NCBI GenBank assembly: GCA_031835245.2
Contig: JAVKOQ020000005.1
Span: 124,001 to 188,000 of the forward strand
Length of the DNA: 64,000 nt
From: Balamuthia mandrillaris
Lineage: Eukaryota
Direction: 5' to 3'
Below are positions 48,707 through 61,475 of the stretch, piece by piece (position 1 is the stretch's first letter; every line of letters begins with the position of its first letter). The notes under the pieces were generated by a model. It was not told the origin of the DNA. It was given only the letters and a program-made list of their open reading frames with translations, and made no database searches. The position numbers and the translations under genes were made by a program.

Positions 48707-48910
48707 ATGGCCGCTTCTCCCTCCTCATTTTTCCTCCCGCCCGTTCTTCTCTGCTGCATCTTTTGCTTCGTTGCTGGTGCTGCTGCTGCTGCCACGGAGC
48801 AACGTAGCAAAAATGGCGTTGTCTTGTCCCACTTTCACAAAGACTTCAACTACGCCGCCTCCGACTGCGGCGCCAAAATCTTGGACGCTAACCCAGATTC
48901 TCAAGTCTGT

Positions 48911-48957
<47 letters not shown>

Positions 48958-49533
48958 TTCTTCTCCACTGTTTACACTCACCCCCTTTTTATCAAAAAAA
49001 AAAAACAGCATTTGTTTCGAGTGTTGAACGAGCAAAAGGACCTATACAGCCTCAGCCCGTGCAGCTCTCCTCGCTGGTACGTCGTGGAGCTGTGTCAGGA
49101 GGTGGGCGTCACTTCCATCGAGCTGGCCAACTTTGAGTTCTTCTCGTCCACTTTTAAGGATTTTACGCTCTATGGCAGCCATAAGTACTTCCCCCCTCTC
49201 GCCTCTCGTTTTCTTTCTTCTCTGCCTTCTCTCGTTCTTGTGCTCTTCTTCTCTTGTCCTCGATTTCTCTTCTGCTGCTTCTCTGCCTTCTTCTCTCGTT
49301 CTCTGCCCTCGTGTTCTTGTTCTTTTCGTTAATCTCTCTAGGGTACTGTTCTGCTCGTTCTCTTCAACTTCTCTCTTGACAATCATTTTCTTCTTACCTT
49401 ATTTTTGTTTGGAAAGCTGGCCAACAAAGACATGGATTCCAATCGGTCATTTCGTCGCGTTGAACGTTCGTCAAATACAATACTTCAGCTGGGAGGAACC
49501 TGTTTGGTTTCGGTATCTCTCCTCTCTCCTCTC

Positions 49534-49565
<32 letters not shown>

Positions 49566-50414
49566 TGCTCTTGCTCTTGCTCTTGCTCTGCTCTGCTCTT
49601 GCTCTTGCTCTTGCTCTTGCTCTTGCTCTTGCTCTTGCTCTGCTCTGCTCTTGCTCTTGCTCTTGCTCTTGCTCTTGCTCTTGCTCTTGCTCTTGCTCTT
49701 GCTCTTGCTCTTGCTCTTGCTCTTGAGAAGAACCATTCTTTATCCTTTTGAAAACCAATATAGATATGTAAAAGTGGAATTCAAGAGTCATCATGGTGAC
49801 CAATATTACTGCCCTCTTTCTGTCATTCGTGTACATGGCACTTCTCACGTACATGTCCTCAAAGAGAGTGCGTTCTTCCTGCTCGTTATATTCTTCCCTC
49901 TTTCGTCTTTTGTCTTCTTTCTGTCTTCTTCCTTTTACAGACTAATAGGCAGATAATAATAACAGTTCGATCAGACATACAACGGGGCCAAGCAAATTCA
50001 CCATCTTCCGGGACGCCGTCGTCGAATAAGAAGAGCTCTTCTACTACATCGATATCATCTCTTTCTTCCAGAGAACAGCTTTCCATTATTCCGACGCCAT
50101 TCCAACTTCCAACTCAAAGCCGTCCACCGACTTTAGAGCCATTACATCGAGGTCAATTCAAACCCTTAGAACAAAAAATACCAACACACCAATCCTTTTT
50201 ATCCCCTCTTCTCTTCTTTCTCTTCTTTACTCTTGCTCTTTCTCTCTTCTTTCTCCCAAACAAATAGGCCGTAAGCACGACATGCAAAGAAAAAAAGAAG
50301 CAGAAGTGCTTCATGCAGATATTCAAGATAGCAAAGAAAGTATCTTTGCAACATTGGCAAAACGAGGTCAGTCTTTTCTTCTCCAGGTTCTTGTTCACCA
50401 ATACCTAACAACGG

Positions 50415-50456
<42 letters not shown>

Positions 50457-50697
50457 CAGTGGAGCAGCTTCGCTTCAATCAGTCCCTTCATGAGCGATAT
50501 TTGGACAATGTTTCTATTCACTATGCTAATGTGTACGATACGCTCAAGATGAGAGTAGAGCAACTCACTCTTGACACTCGAACTCTTTCTTCCGTAGTTG
50601 AAGCCACTGCTGCGCTGCAACAAGTTATTCAAGTATTCTCTCTCTCCCTCTCCCCTCCCTCTCTCTCTCCCCTCCCTCTCTCTCTCTCTCTCTCTCT

Positions 50698-50750
<53 letters not shown>

Positions 50751-51431
50751 CTCCCTCGTGTCCGTCAAAAGCAAACACCCCATAATAAGTTGTGTGTTTG
50801 CTTCGAGTAATCACGGACAAACAGAAAACAAACAACAAATGCTTCCAAGTGAGACTTCCCAAAATGTCTCATTTGACAATGAATGTTGTTACATCTTTCT
50901 TCCTCTCCGTCTTTCAAGTTTCAACCTAACCGTTCTTCTAAATATAATAAGGGAGAAAAAGCAAACGAAGAGGTAAAAGCCGAAGTCGTCTCTCGAATGA
51001 TGACCGTTCGACAAGCAATGCTCCACAAATCCGAAGAGATGGTCAAAGAATGGCGAAAAGCACAGCAAAGAATGTTTGCTATCGCGACTTTTGGATGTGT
51101 CTTATGTTACATCCTCTTTCGAACTTGCAACTATTTTTTGGTGAGCAGCTTTCGACGATGGAATCTTCATTCGAGACTTCGAGACTTTTCGTATCGTTGT
51201 TACCAGTTTCAACAAAACGAAGATGAAGAAGTAACGAGAAAGAAGAAAAAGAAGAAGAAGAAGAAGAGAAACGAAGAAAGACAAGAAATGGAGGGAAGGA
51301 GAGAAAATAGAGAAGGAGCGAGAAGGAGTTGGCCAAATATGTTTAAAGCGATCATGAAAAAGAAGGAGCAAAGACTACAACAACGAGTACTCACACGACC
51401 ATCGAAGAAGAGCGTATCGTTCACTTTTTGA
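48707..51431 (+). CDS. Mid-SUN domain membrane protein (SUCO/Slp1-like; multi-exon)
   Basis: Signal peptide; FNYAASDCGAKIL, VVELCQEV..IELANFEFFSSTFKDF, YVKVEFKSHHG..YYCPLSVIRVHG; ESIF..L coiled coil; C-terminal TM segment. Confidence 0.9.
49562..49724. repeat. Intronic (CTTGCT)n repeat
   Basis: Direct reading. Confidence 0.95.
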
Positions 51432-52545
51432 CGGAATTGCTGTTGTGGATGAAGATGGCATCGACGAGAAGAGAAGTAAGCCGCTGTTTAGACATCGGAA
51501 GATTTATCAACTCGAAACACTCCCTGCAACAAACGTTAGAGTAAACAAAAACACAGCACGTCAGCAAAAGCATAGAAGGAAGCAGGAGAAAGAAGTACTG
51601 ATAGTTGGTGACTTGGCGAATGCGATGCACTTGGTTCATCAACACAGCAATGGCCGGTTCCGGCGGTCTTCCGTATCGAACATTATACGTTTCTAATACT
51701 TCATGCCATGTTCTTTTAACGAAGAAGAACGAAAGAAAGAAGCTTGAATGAGTGAAATACGAAAGAGACGAAGCTGGAAAAGTTGAATGAAGAGAGCAGA
51801 AAGAAGAGAAGAACGACGCACTCAAAGTTGGATTGAAAGAGTCGAACAAATTGAATGTGAAAGAGGAGTTCTCGCAGAACAATGTTGGAGCTCTCAAAGC
51901 TGGCTTTGAGACGAAACTCATCCACTCGTGCTCCTCTTCCGTGGCTCCCAACCTCCAAAAATGATTTGCATTGTCGTGCTGTGAACTTCACACTGTGCTC
52001 AAAGAACGCGACCGCAAATCTTTCTTCCAAGTCCTTTAAAAAACAATAACGTTAGTATTCAGTTTACGAACAGAGTGAAGAGAGTGCTGATGAGAAGAAA
52101 GACGAGAGAGAGAGAGAGAGAGAGAGAGAAAGAAAAAGAAACTAAGGATAAGGAAAGAAGAAGCAGAAGCAGAAGCAGAAGAAGAAGAAGAAGAAGAAGA
52201 AGAAGAAGAAGAAGAAGAAGAACAAGAACAAGAAGAACAAGAAGAACAACAAGAACAACAAGAACAACAAGAACAACAAGAAGAAGAACAACAAGAAGAA
52301 GGACCTTCCATCGGCGATTGCACAACATAAGTGCAATCAACTCGTGACGAAGAAAGGTGTCGGAAGTATTGCTCTTGCTGTTGATAAACTCTTCGACGAC
52401 GTGGTTGGCCTCGTTTTCAACATCGGGCATCCATTTCGCTATGGACAAGAGGAGATGGTGAAGATGGCAATAGAGCAACAAAGTCTTTTCCACCGAGCGA
52501 CACTCTTTGTTGTCGTTATGTTTCAATGAGTTATTTGCCAGAAGT

Positions 52546-52591
<46 letters not shown>

Positions 52592-53945
52592 AACGAAGAG
52601 TAACGGAGGATACCTTCGCGTACAATCCAGGTAGCAAATGCGCTCATCAGAGCACCTAACACGTACAACACCATACTCGTTGTCAGAGAAGGAAGCACCT
52701 TCCATGCCATTGCCTCATACTGCTGCTGCAAACAGGTTTGTAACACGCCCGAAGAAACAGCCCTTTCAAAGTGTCGATGGTTCAAAGCAAACGGTAAAAA
52801 ATGGTGACGAGGAACGTTATTCTCGTTGAAGGTCTGCCAAGAGAACAAGTCGGAGTAACATTCCTCCAACGACAACAAAGGAGAATCTCTTCTGCTCTTC
52901 AACTCCTTCTGCATCGTCACTTGGCAAATCAGGTGAACGTTGAGGCTGAAGCCCAAAACGAGAGTCTCCTCTTCGAGAAAGTTCAGCTTGGAGCGAGCAC
53001 AACAGAGTTGTTTGCGTTGAATGAAGGAGCAAGAGGCGATCGTTCGGCTCAGGAAAGGTGAGGTTGAGGAAAGGGCCAAAAGGTCGCGTAAACGAAGTTG
53101 GTCGACTATCATTTCCATCACTTCCGCTGGTAACAGCTCAAACGTTTTGTGTTCTTCTTTTGTTCTCTTTTTTTTCTTTTTAACTTCAGTCTCTACTTCT
53201 TTCCTTGTTCCCATTCTTTTTCGTTTCTTGCATTCCTCTTCAGTTTCTTCTTGTTCTTCTTCTTGTTCTTGTTCTTCTTCTTCTCCTTCTTCTTCTTCTT
53301 CTTCTTCTTCTTCTTCTTCTTCTTCTTCTTCTTCTTCTTCTTTTAGTATTTTTCGTTTACTTGCTCGTTTTGCTCCTTCGCCAAGAAAAGAAGATGAAAA
53401 CGAAGCAAAAGGTTCAGCTCCAAAGTTCAACTTCGCTCGAGTGCACTTGAGACAAACGGCCGGATAAAGAATGGAAGATGAAGCAGAACCGCCGACAAAG
53501 AGAGAAGATGGCAGCTGAAAAGCCACGCCAAAGCTTCTCCCGTTCTTAGAGAAGGAAATGGTCCTTCGCGTGGCGTCAAAGTAGCATCCAATGGTATCGT
53601 CTTTGCCGAAACCCTCGCCATAGTGTTGAAAGCTGTTTCTGGTACATTTTTTACCGGTTGCTCCATATCCCCAACTTTGTTGTTTTGTTTAGAAGGTATG
53701 AGCGAGATGACATGAAACAATGAGAGAGAGAGAGAGAGAATGTGCCTGTGAGTGTCTGTGCCAAGTTGTTGAGAGGAGGTAATGTTGGTGGAGAAGCCTA
53801 CGCGAGCAACGCCGCTGCTCTTTAATATGGTTATTTCGAAGTAATATGAGCTTGTTTCCTTTCCTTATTATACAAAAGAAAGTAAATAAGAACATTGTTG
53901 AGAGAGGCAGAGGACAGAAGAGAATTGAGAAGAGCGAACAGTGAA

Positions 53946-53988
<43 letters not shown>

Positions 53989-54621
53989 CCAGAAAGAGGA
54001 CACCCTTGAATAGCTGTGGTACCAAGCCAACGAGAGAGGGAGAGTGCTTCGCAAGTAAGTCCATCCTTGGCCAAATAAAACATTCTGCAATCATCATAAT
54101 TGCCGCTTTGGAGAGGAGGCATGGTGAGTTTGTTTGTTGGCGATATGCAACAAGCCTCCAACAAGGCATGGTGCTGTTTTCTTTTGTTATCGTCATTCTT
54201 CACTCCTATTGTAAAGTCCTGTTTAAAGGTTGGCAACTAATAAGAATAGCACAATAACAAAAGCATGAGAGAGAGAGAGAGAGAGAGAGAGGCAACCGAG
54301 AGAGGAAGAGGAGGCGAAGGCGAGGAATGAGTATGCCCACACGCCTCGCAGGCAAAGCCCTCAGAGCTCTTCTTGGTCAAGGCAACGCGTTGGGTGAATG
54401 TGAACGAAGAGTAGTCTTCGTCCAGAATGAAGAGCAGCGAGTAAAGTTGCAGCAGAATAGACATGACCCTGTTTGAAAAATACTTTTGTAAGGGGGAAGA
54501 AACGACAAGAAAGAAAGAAGAAGGAATGAGAGAGAGAGAAAGGAGAAGGAGAAAGAGAAAGAGAAAGAGAAAGAGAAAGAGAAAGAGAAAGAGAAAGAGA
54601 AAGAGAAAGAGAAAGAGAAAG

Positions 54622-54672
<51 letters not shown>

Positions 54673-55151
54673 AACGACAATAAAGAACAACGCACGAATT
54701 GGTCGAAGACCACTCCCCAAAAGGAGGACAAAGGTTTGCATCATCGCCGCCAAAAGGCTTCGAATAGCCAGTCCAAAGGTGGACACGCCCCGGCGAATAC
54801 CTAAAAGTTTGGGGACACAGCGACACGCTTGGCGGCACCTCCGGATAGGACTCCGAAAAATGAAGCTGAACAAAAAAAAAAGCCCATTAAAACTTTGGCC
54901 AACAAAACGAGAGAGAGAGAGAGAGATGAACGAACGGTAAGATGAACTATGGTGCCAGAGAACGGCCCCGATAGGCATTTGAGGTTGGCGTGCCAAAGGA
55001 ACGGTTGGTCGGGAGTCAGCGGAGCGGCGGACAGCATGCGAAGCGGCTCCTCTCGCACCTCCTTCCAATCCCATAGCAGCCGCCGAACCGCCGCCACCGC
55101 CGCCGCCGAAGAAGAGGCCAATTGCCCTCCTTGCGTCTGTTGCTGATGCAT
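51421..55151 (-). CDS. UBC/E2-like (probably inactive), SPRY-like, F-box and uncharacterised C-terminal domain protein (multi-exon)
   Basis: RRLLWDWKEV..LSAAPL..FLWHANL..GPFSG..HL, YPEVPP, WSS..VMSILLQL (UBC); LYPAVCLK..KLNFG..PF (SPRY end); FELLPAEVMEMIVDQL..RDLLALS (F-box). Confidence 0.75.
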
Positions 55152-55597
55152 GTTTCCAACGAACCACACAAGCAACCCCTTTTTTATTGTTGTGTGTGTC
55201 CCTTTGGTCTCTATCCTTCTTCTTCTCGTTGATAGTTACCTGCGGACACGAGATAGGAGCCAAGATATGAGATTGCGTTATGGACAAGAGACAGGACATG
55301 AGCCAGGACAAGAGATAAGCGATAGAGATTTTGTCCGCAAATAACTTCGGATCGATCTATAAAGAGATTTATTGATTTTTGATTGGACCTTCGAAATTAT
55401 CTCCATTTCATTTTCTTTTAAAAAAAGCACGCAGACCGTCCCTTGCGGCAAGGTTGATGATAACGACGAGGAAAAAACGAGAACGGGGAAAGAGGGAAGA
55501 AAAAAGGTTGTGAGAAGTGAAGAGACAGAGACAGAGACAGAGACAGAGAGAAGGGGATCACTGCATTGTAATTTAAATTGTTCTCTTTTGGCTTCAA

Positions 55598-56436
55598 TCA
55601 TTGCAAACAACAACGAACGGAATAAAAGTAATGGCGATAGATCAGAGGCAGGATGGGGCCTTGCTCGGGATAAAGGGCTCCTCGTATGGCCTCTTGGAAC
55701 AGAAGCTCCAGGTTCTCCTGCATCAAACTGGAGATTGGAACGAAGGCCCAAGCTCCGATCCGCTTGGCCAGCGCTAAACTCTGTTCGAGGGTAATGCAGA
55801 TGGGACTAGCAGGTTCTTTGTTCTCTCTTGATAGATGTCTCAAGGCAGTCGCATCATTCAACACGTCCATCTTGCTGCCCACAAGTATCATGGGCACCCC
55901 TGACCAATGTTCCTTCAGCACAGGCACCACCTGGCAAAAAAAGAACAAGAATGATAAGAAACCATGAAGCAGAAGAGGAGAAGCCGAGAGGGTGAGAAGA
56001 AAACATGAATGAAGAAGCACTAGAAAACTACAAAAAAAGAAAAGCCAACCTGTTCCTCAACAAACTGAAAGGACTTTGGATCCACGACGGAGAACATCAC
56101 CAGAAACATGCTAACGCCATCACAAGTCCTTGATTTAGAACGAAGAGCTCCTTGTTGCAACTTTATGAAGGCAGAGACAAAGCCAACGCTTGAACAGTTC
56201 TTATGGTCGATTGTCGGTTGTATGTCGCTGTTGAACCGTCCTGAGACGTGGGTGGAGAGACAGGAGATCTTTCCAACTCCACTCCCACCGACAGCCACTA
56301 TCTTGGCTTTCTTGGTTGTAGTGTATGACTTGGGAAGCGGACGGCGTGATTGCAACCTTTAACATGTTTTTTATCTTGTTAGCATCTAAGAGAGAGCAGA
56401 GAGCAGAGAACAGAGAACAAGAGGGGAGGGAGAGAG

Positions 56437-56483
<47 letters not shown>

Positions 56484-56639
56484 GAGAAGAAGAAGAAGAA
56501 GAAGAAAGAAGAAGAAGAAGAAGAAGAAGAAGAACAAGAACAAGAACAAGAACAAGAAGAAGAAGAAGAACAAGAAGAAGAAGAAGAAGAAGAAGAAGAA
56601 GAAGAAGAACAACAACAACAACAACAACAACAACATAAG

Positions 56640-56717
<78 letters not shown>

Positions 56718-56721
56718 TAAG

Positions 56722-56784
<63 letters not shown>

Positions 56785-57011
56785 TAAGACAACAACAACA
56801 ACAACAACAACAACATAAGACAACAACAACATAAGACAACAACAACAACAACATAAGACAACAACAACATAAGACAACAACAACAACAACAACAACAACA
56901 TAAGACAACAACAACAACAACAACAACAACATAAGACAACAACAACATAAGACAACAACAACAACAACATAAGACAACAACAACATAAGACAACAACAAC
57001 AACAACATAAG

Positions 57012-57065
<54 letters not shown>

Positions 57066-57210
57066 TAAGACAACAACAACAACAACAACAACAACATAAG
57101 ACAACAACAACATAAGACAACAACAACAACATAATACAACAACAACAACAACAACATAAGACAACAACAACAACAACAACAACATAAGACAACAACAACA
57201 ACAACATAAG

Positions 57211-57258
<48 letters not shown>

Positions 57259-57811
57259 TAAGACAACAACAACATAAGACAACAACAACAACAACAACAA
57301 CAACATAAGACAACAACAACAACAACAACATAAGACAACAACATAAGACAACAACAACATAAGACAACAACAACATAAGACAACAACAACAAGAGAAGAG
57401 AATGCCCACAAAGAGAAAGAACAAAGAAAAACCGAACTTTTGGTGCAAGAGAGCGCAGTATTCGTCATACTGCTGGCGGGCCTTGCGGCTGACAAAGCCA
57501 ACCATGGCATGCCTCACCAAATACTGGCGTTGCTCCTCCGGACGGGTGAAGGTTGGCTCCTCTGCTCCCGTTTCCAGACAATACCGTCGAAAGAGGGCGT
57601 GCCAGAGCGTCTGATCTGCCGCTATTCCGTTCCACCTATTTGTTTTAAATAAAACAAAGTAAGCGTCATATATTGGTGAGTTTACCATTCAACTAAAGAG
57701 GTCACAAAATATATGAATACAACACCGTTTGCAAACGAAAGAAGCTCTGAACAAGTCCGCAATGTCAAGACTTTGGAAGATCAGCAAGTAACACTCATCG
57801 GGCAACTCCAT
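55598..57811 (-). CDS. F-box and degenerate Rho-family GTPase fusion with CAAX, copy A (4 exons)
   Basis: MELPDECYLLIFQSLDIADLFRASFVCKR/W; KIVAVGGSGVGKIS, QPTID, MFLVMFSVVDPKSF, PMILVGSKMD, LAKRIGA, ends CCLQ. Confidence 0.85.
56609..57392. repeat. Intronic compound repeat [(CAA)n-CATAAGA]m
   Basis: Variable-length CAA runs punctuated by an almost invariant CATAAGA spacer. Confidence 0.95.
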
Positions 57812-58050
57812 TTCTCCTTTCTGTTTGCTTTTTTTTTCAATTTCTTGCAAAAACTTTTTTTTTTTGCTATAACGTTTTCCATGGAACAAGTTTTTTTCTT
57901 CCTTTTCTTTTTTTTTTTTTTTCTTTCTCGATGTTCCCTTTGCTCCTCACTTCGCCTGGTCTCTCTTCTTCTTCTCTCTCTCTAGTCCAGCAAGCTGCCA
58001 TATAAAGTGGCGTGTCGTTCATCTCAGTCTCTCTCTCTCTCTCTCTCTCC

Positions 58051-58857
58051 TCATTGCAAGCAACAACGAAGGGGCTTGTGTCGCAAAGGCAGGATGGGGC
58101 CTTGCTCGGGATAAAGGGCTCCTCGTATGGCCTCTTGGAACAGAAGCTCCAGGTTCTCCTGCATCAAGCTGGATATCGGGACGAAGGCCCAAGCTCCGAT
58201 CCGCTTGGCCAGCGCCAAGCTCTGTTGGAGCGTAATGCAGAGGGAGGCATCGGGTGTCTCATTCTTGCTGGATGATGAAAGATGCCTCAAGGCATCTGCA
58301 TCGTTTAACACGTCCGTTTTGCTGCCGACAAGCATCACCGGGACATCGGGCCAATGTTCCTTCAGCATGGGGACCACCTTCCATTGTAAAAGGAGGTAAG
58401 AAAGCAGACGAGAGCGAGAAGAGAGAGTGAAGCGGGGAGAAGAGGCAAGGAGCACAGAGGAGACTGAAGAGGGGAAGCGAAAACGAGGATGATAAGGAAA
58501 GGAACGAGCATGCACATGCAAACCTGTTCCTCGATAAACCGAAAGGACTTGGGATCCACAATGGAGAACATCACCAGAAACATGCTTGCGCCACAGCAGG
58601 TGCCCATTTTGTTGCCAAGAGAAGCTGTTCCTTTCAGCTTGATGAAGGAGGAGACAAAGCCAACGCTTTGGCAGTTCTTCATGTCGACCGTCGGTCGTTC
58701 ATCGCTGCTGAACTGCCCTGTGACGTGAGTGGAGAGACAGGAGATCTTACCGACGCCACTCCCACCCACAACCACCAGCTTTGCTCTCTTGCTGCGTGAC
58801 CTCGGAAGCGCTTTGCGAGACCGGAACCTGAACAAGCGTGTTACAGTGGTTCAGGTG

Positions 58858-58897
<40 letters not shown>

Positions 58898-59317
58898 AGG
58901 AGAAGGAAAGAGAAATGAGGGCAAAGAAGAAAAGAGAGCACAACGAAGAGCCATACTTGTGGTGCAGGAGAGCGCAGTATTCGTCATACTGCTGGCGGGC
59001 CTTGCGGCCGACAAAGCCAACCATGGCATGCCTCACCAAATACTGGCGTTGCTCCTCCGGATGGGTGAAGGTTGGCTCCTCTGCCCCCGTTTCCAGACAA
59101 TACCGTCGAAAGAGGGCGTGCCAGAGCGTCTGATCTGCCGCTATTCCGTTCCACCTATTTGTTTTTGAATGGAGGGTTGGTGGTTGGAAGCGCGGTTACA
59201 TCATAGGAAAGAAGGTCACACAAAAAAAAACCGTTTGCAAACGAAAGATGCGTTGAACAAGTCTGCAATGTCAAGACTTTGGAAGATCAGCAAGTAACAC
59301 TCATCGGGTATCTCCAT
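58051..59317 (-). CDS. F-box and degenerate Rho-family GTPase fusion with CAAX, copy B (exons 59317-59232, 59154-58957, 58827-58524, 58377-58051)
   Basis: Tandem paralog of copy A with the same intron positions; KLVVVGGSGVGKIS, PVMLVGSKTD, ends CCLQ. Confidence 0.87.
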
Positions 59318-59368
59318 TTCTCCTTCCTCTTGCTTTTTTTCTTTGCGATTATTTTCTCAGTGAAAGAA

Positions 59369-59409
<41 letters not shown>

Positions 59410-59499
59410 GGAGAATTGTTTCTTTCTTTTCTAGTTTGTATGTATTCTTTTGGAGGGAAAAAGAAAACGAGAGTGATTGTAGTGTCGTCTTGTATTCTC

Positions 59500-59571
59500 T
59501 TAGAACGTTTCAGCTGCTTCGTCATCTGTTTGTGTTTTTGTTTGTTTGTCAGAAGGGAGAACGAGAGAATA

Positions 59572-59606
<35 letters not shown>

Positions 59607-59826
59607 GAGGAGGAGGAGGAGGATATAATGGAGAATACGAACCAGATTCTTCCTCTTCATCACTTTCTTTATCGTAGTTCTCCACATAGTCTGTTTCCTC
59701 TTCTTCTTGCTCATCATAGTTGCTTAGCTTGCTTAAGAAGCCTGTAGTACTCCCTGCTCCCTCTTCTTCGTCCTAATGATTTGTTTTTCAATAAGAACGT
59801 TTTATCACGGTTCAAAGGAGCGAGAG

Positions 59827-59875
<49 letters not shown>

Positions 59876-60436
59876 GATGAAGGAAAGAGAAGTTCGTACC
59901 TCTTGACTTTCATCAAGGAACGGCAAACCACCGGCCACCTTCTCACCATCCACGGGTTGTTGCTCTTCCCCTTCTTCTGCCACTCCCTTCTCTCCAACGG
60001 CATCAACAAAGCTTACCTTGTTCTTATCTCCGTTGCTTGCCACAATTTTCTCCTTTTCTTTCTCCTTTTCTTTTCCTGTTTTTGAATCTCGTTTTTGAGC
60101 TGCTAACCGCTCTTGTTCTTTTTGTTGTTGTATTTGCCGCCGCCGCATGTTTTCCTGTTCTTGTTCTTGTTCTTTGCTTCGAAGTTCTTCAATCTTGTCG
60201 ATGAGTTCCTGTTTCTTCATTTTACGTGCGTTAATGCCTTTTTCCTTCAGGTAGTCCCGCAGCTCTCCCACTTTATAGTTTTTGAGCTTGCTAAAGTCGA
60301 TGCTGGCAGCCGATTGGCCGTTGCCATTTTGGGTTGCTTTGGAGTCAGATGATTTCTTTCGTTTCTTGGTCTCTTTTTCTTTCTCTGGTTCTTCGTCTGT
60401 TTGTTGTTGGCCAAGTGAGTGAGTGAGTGAAACGAT

Positions 60437-60476
<40 letters not shown>

Positions 60477-60652
60477 CGCTGATTTCCGTTTTCTTTTACT
60501 GCCAGTGGAGACATCTTTTTCTTTGTCTTTGCTTGAGGAAGGAAGTGCGAAGGAAGGAGAGGACAGAACCGAATAGGGAAGCTCTGGTATTTCCTCTTCC
60601 AATGAAAAGGTTGGAGAGGCGGCGCTTTCTGTTGCTTTCGAGGCGATTTCTT

Positions 60653-60704
<52 letters not shown>

Positions 60705-61134
60705 GTTTCAATATACTTCACACAGAACAAAAAAAAACAAACAGTGAAGGAACAAACCTTCAAGGGTGAGAGAACTGATAGGAAGAGGTTGTCGAAGTTC
60801 TTTTGGCAGCCACGCAGCACTAGTGTGGAGCACGCTCTTCAGAGCCTCCTTGTGTCTTTCTTCATTATACACGTCCGAGTACCGTGCGACCCCTTTATTA
60901 AGACGAGAAAGACATTTTTTCAGAAAGAAAGAACAAGAAGACAGAGACAGGACAGGAGCAATAGAGAAAGGCACGAGGACATAGAGCATACAGACGCGCG
61001 AAAGCGAAGAAAGAGCGCGCAAGAGAAGAGGGGGAGGAGAGAGACAGAGACAGAGACAGGAGACAGAGTGAGAGAGCGACAGGGAGGTACAGACAAAAAG
61101 ACAAAGCAACAGACAGGAGAATGCACGAGAAAGA

Positions 61135-61165
<31 letters not shown>

Positions 61166-61475
61166 GGAAGGAGTACCATCTATTTGTTGCTCTTGTTTCA
61201 AATAGAAGGGAGAGGCTTGATAGCGCCGCAGCAGCTCTCGGTGGAGTGCAATGACTTCCTCGTCCTGGTCATCAACGTCGACAAGCTCCAAGCAAGGAAA
61301 GTCTCCAGGCTCCTTCACCTCAAACACCTTTTGCAACCATTCAGCTTGTTAGAGTGACTCCTCTTTTCTTTTGGAAAATCATCACAAAAAGAAAGAAAAT
61401 GGGTACCGGGAATAACGGAGGCGGTTCTTTCCGAGGTTGTGTGCTTTCTTCCACGACGCGGGAAGGCGCTGCCAT
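59500..61475 (-). CDS. RNA polymerase III subunit RPC7/RPC31-like protein with internal SAP/HeH-like motif (multi-exon)
   Basis: PPPLFP, SPFYL, ARYSDVY and WLPKEL follow the RPC31 N-terminal pattern; acidic end DDEAAETF. Confidence 0.65.

Noticed and set aside
56609..57392. Repeat-spacer pattern suggesting a CRISPR array
   Set aside because: The fixed unit is only 7 bp, the 'spacers' are CAA microsatellite, no cas genes are present and the context is a eukaryotic intron.
56201..57688. Long poly-Cys/Val/Leu ORFs in several frames
   Set aside because: Translations of the intronic (CAA)n-CATAAGA array; only exon 57438-57635 is coding.
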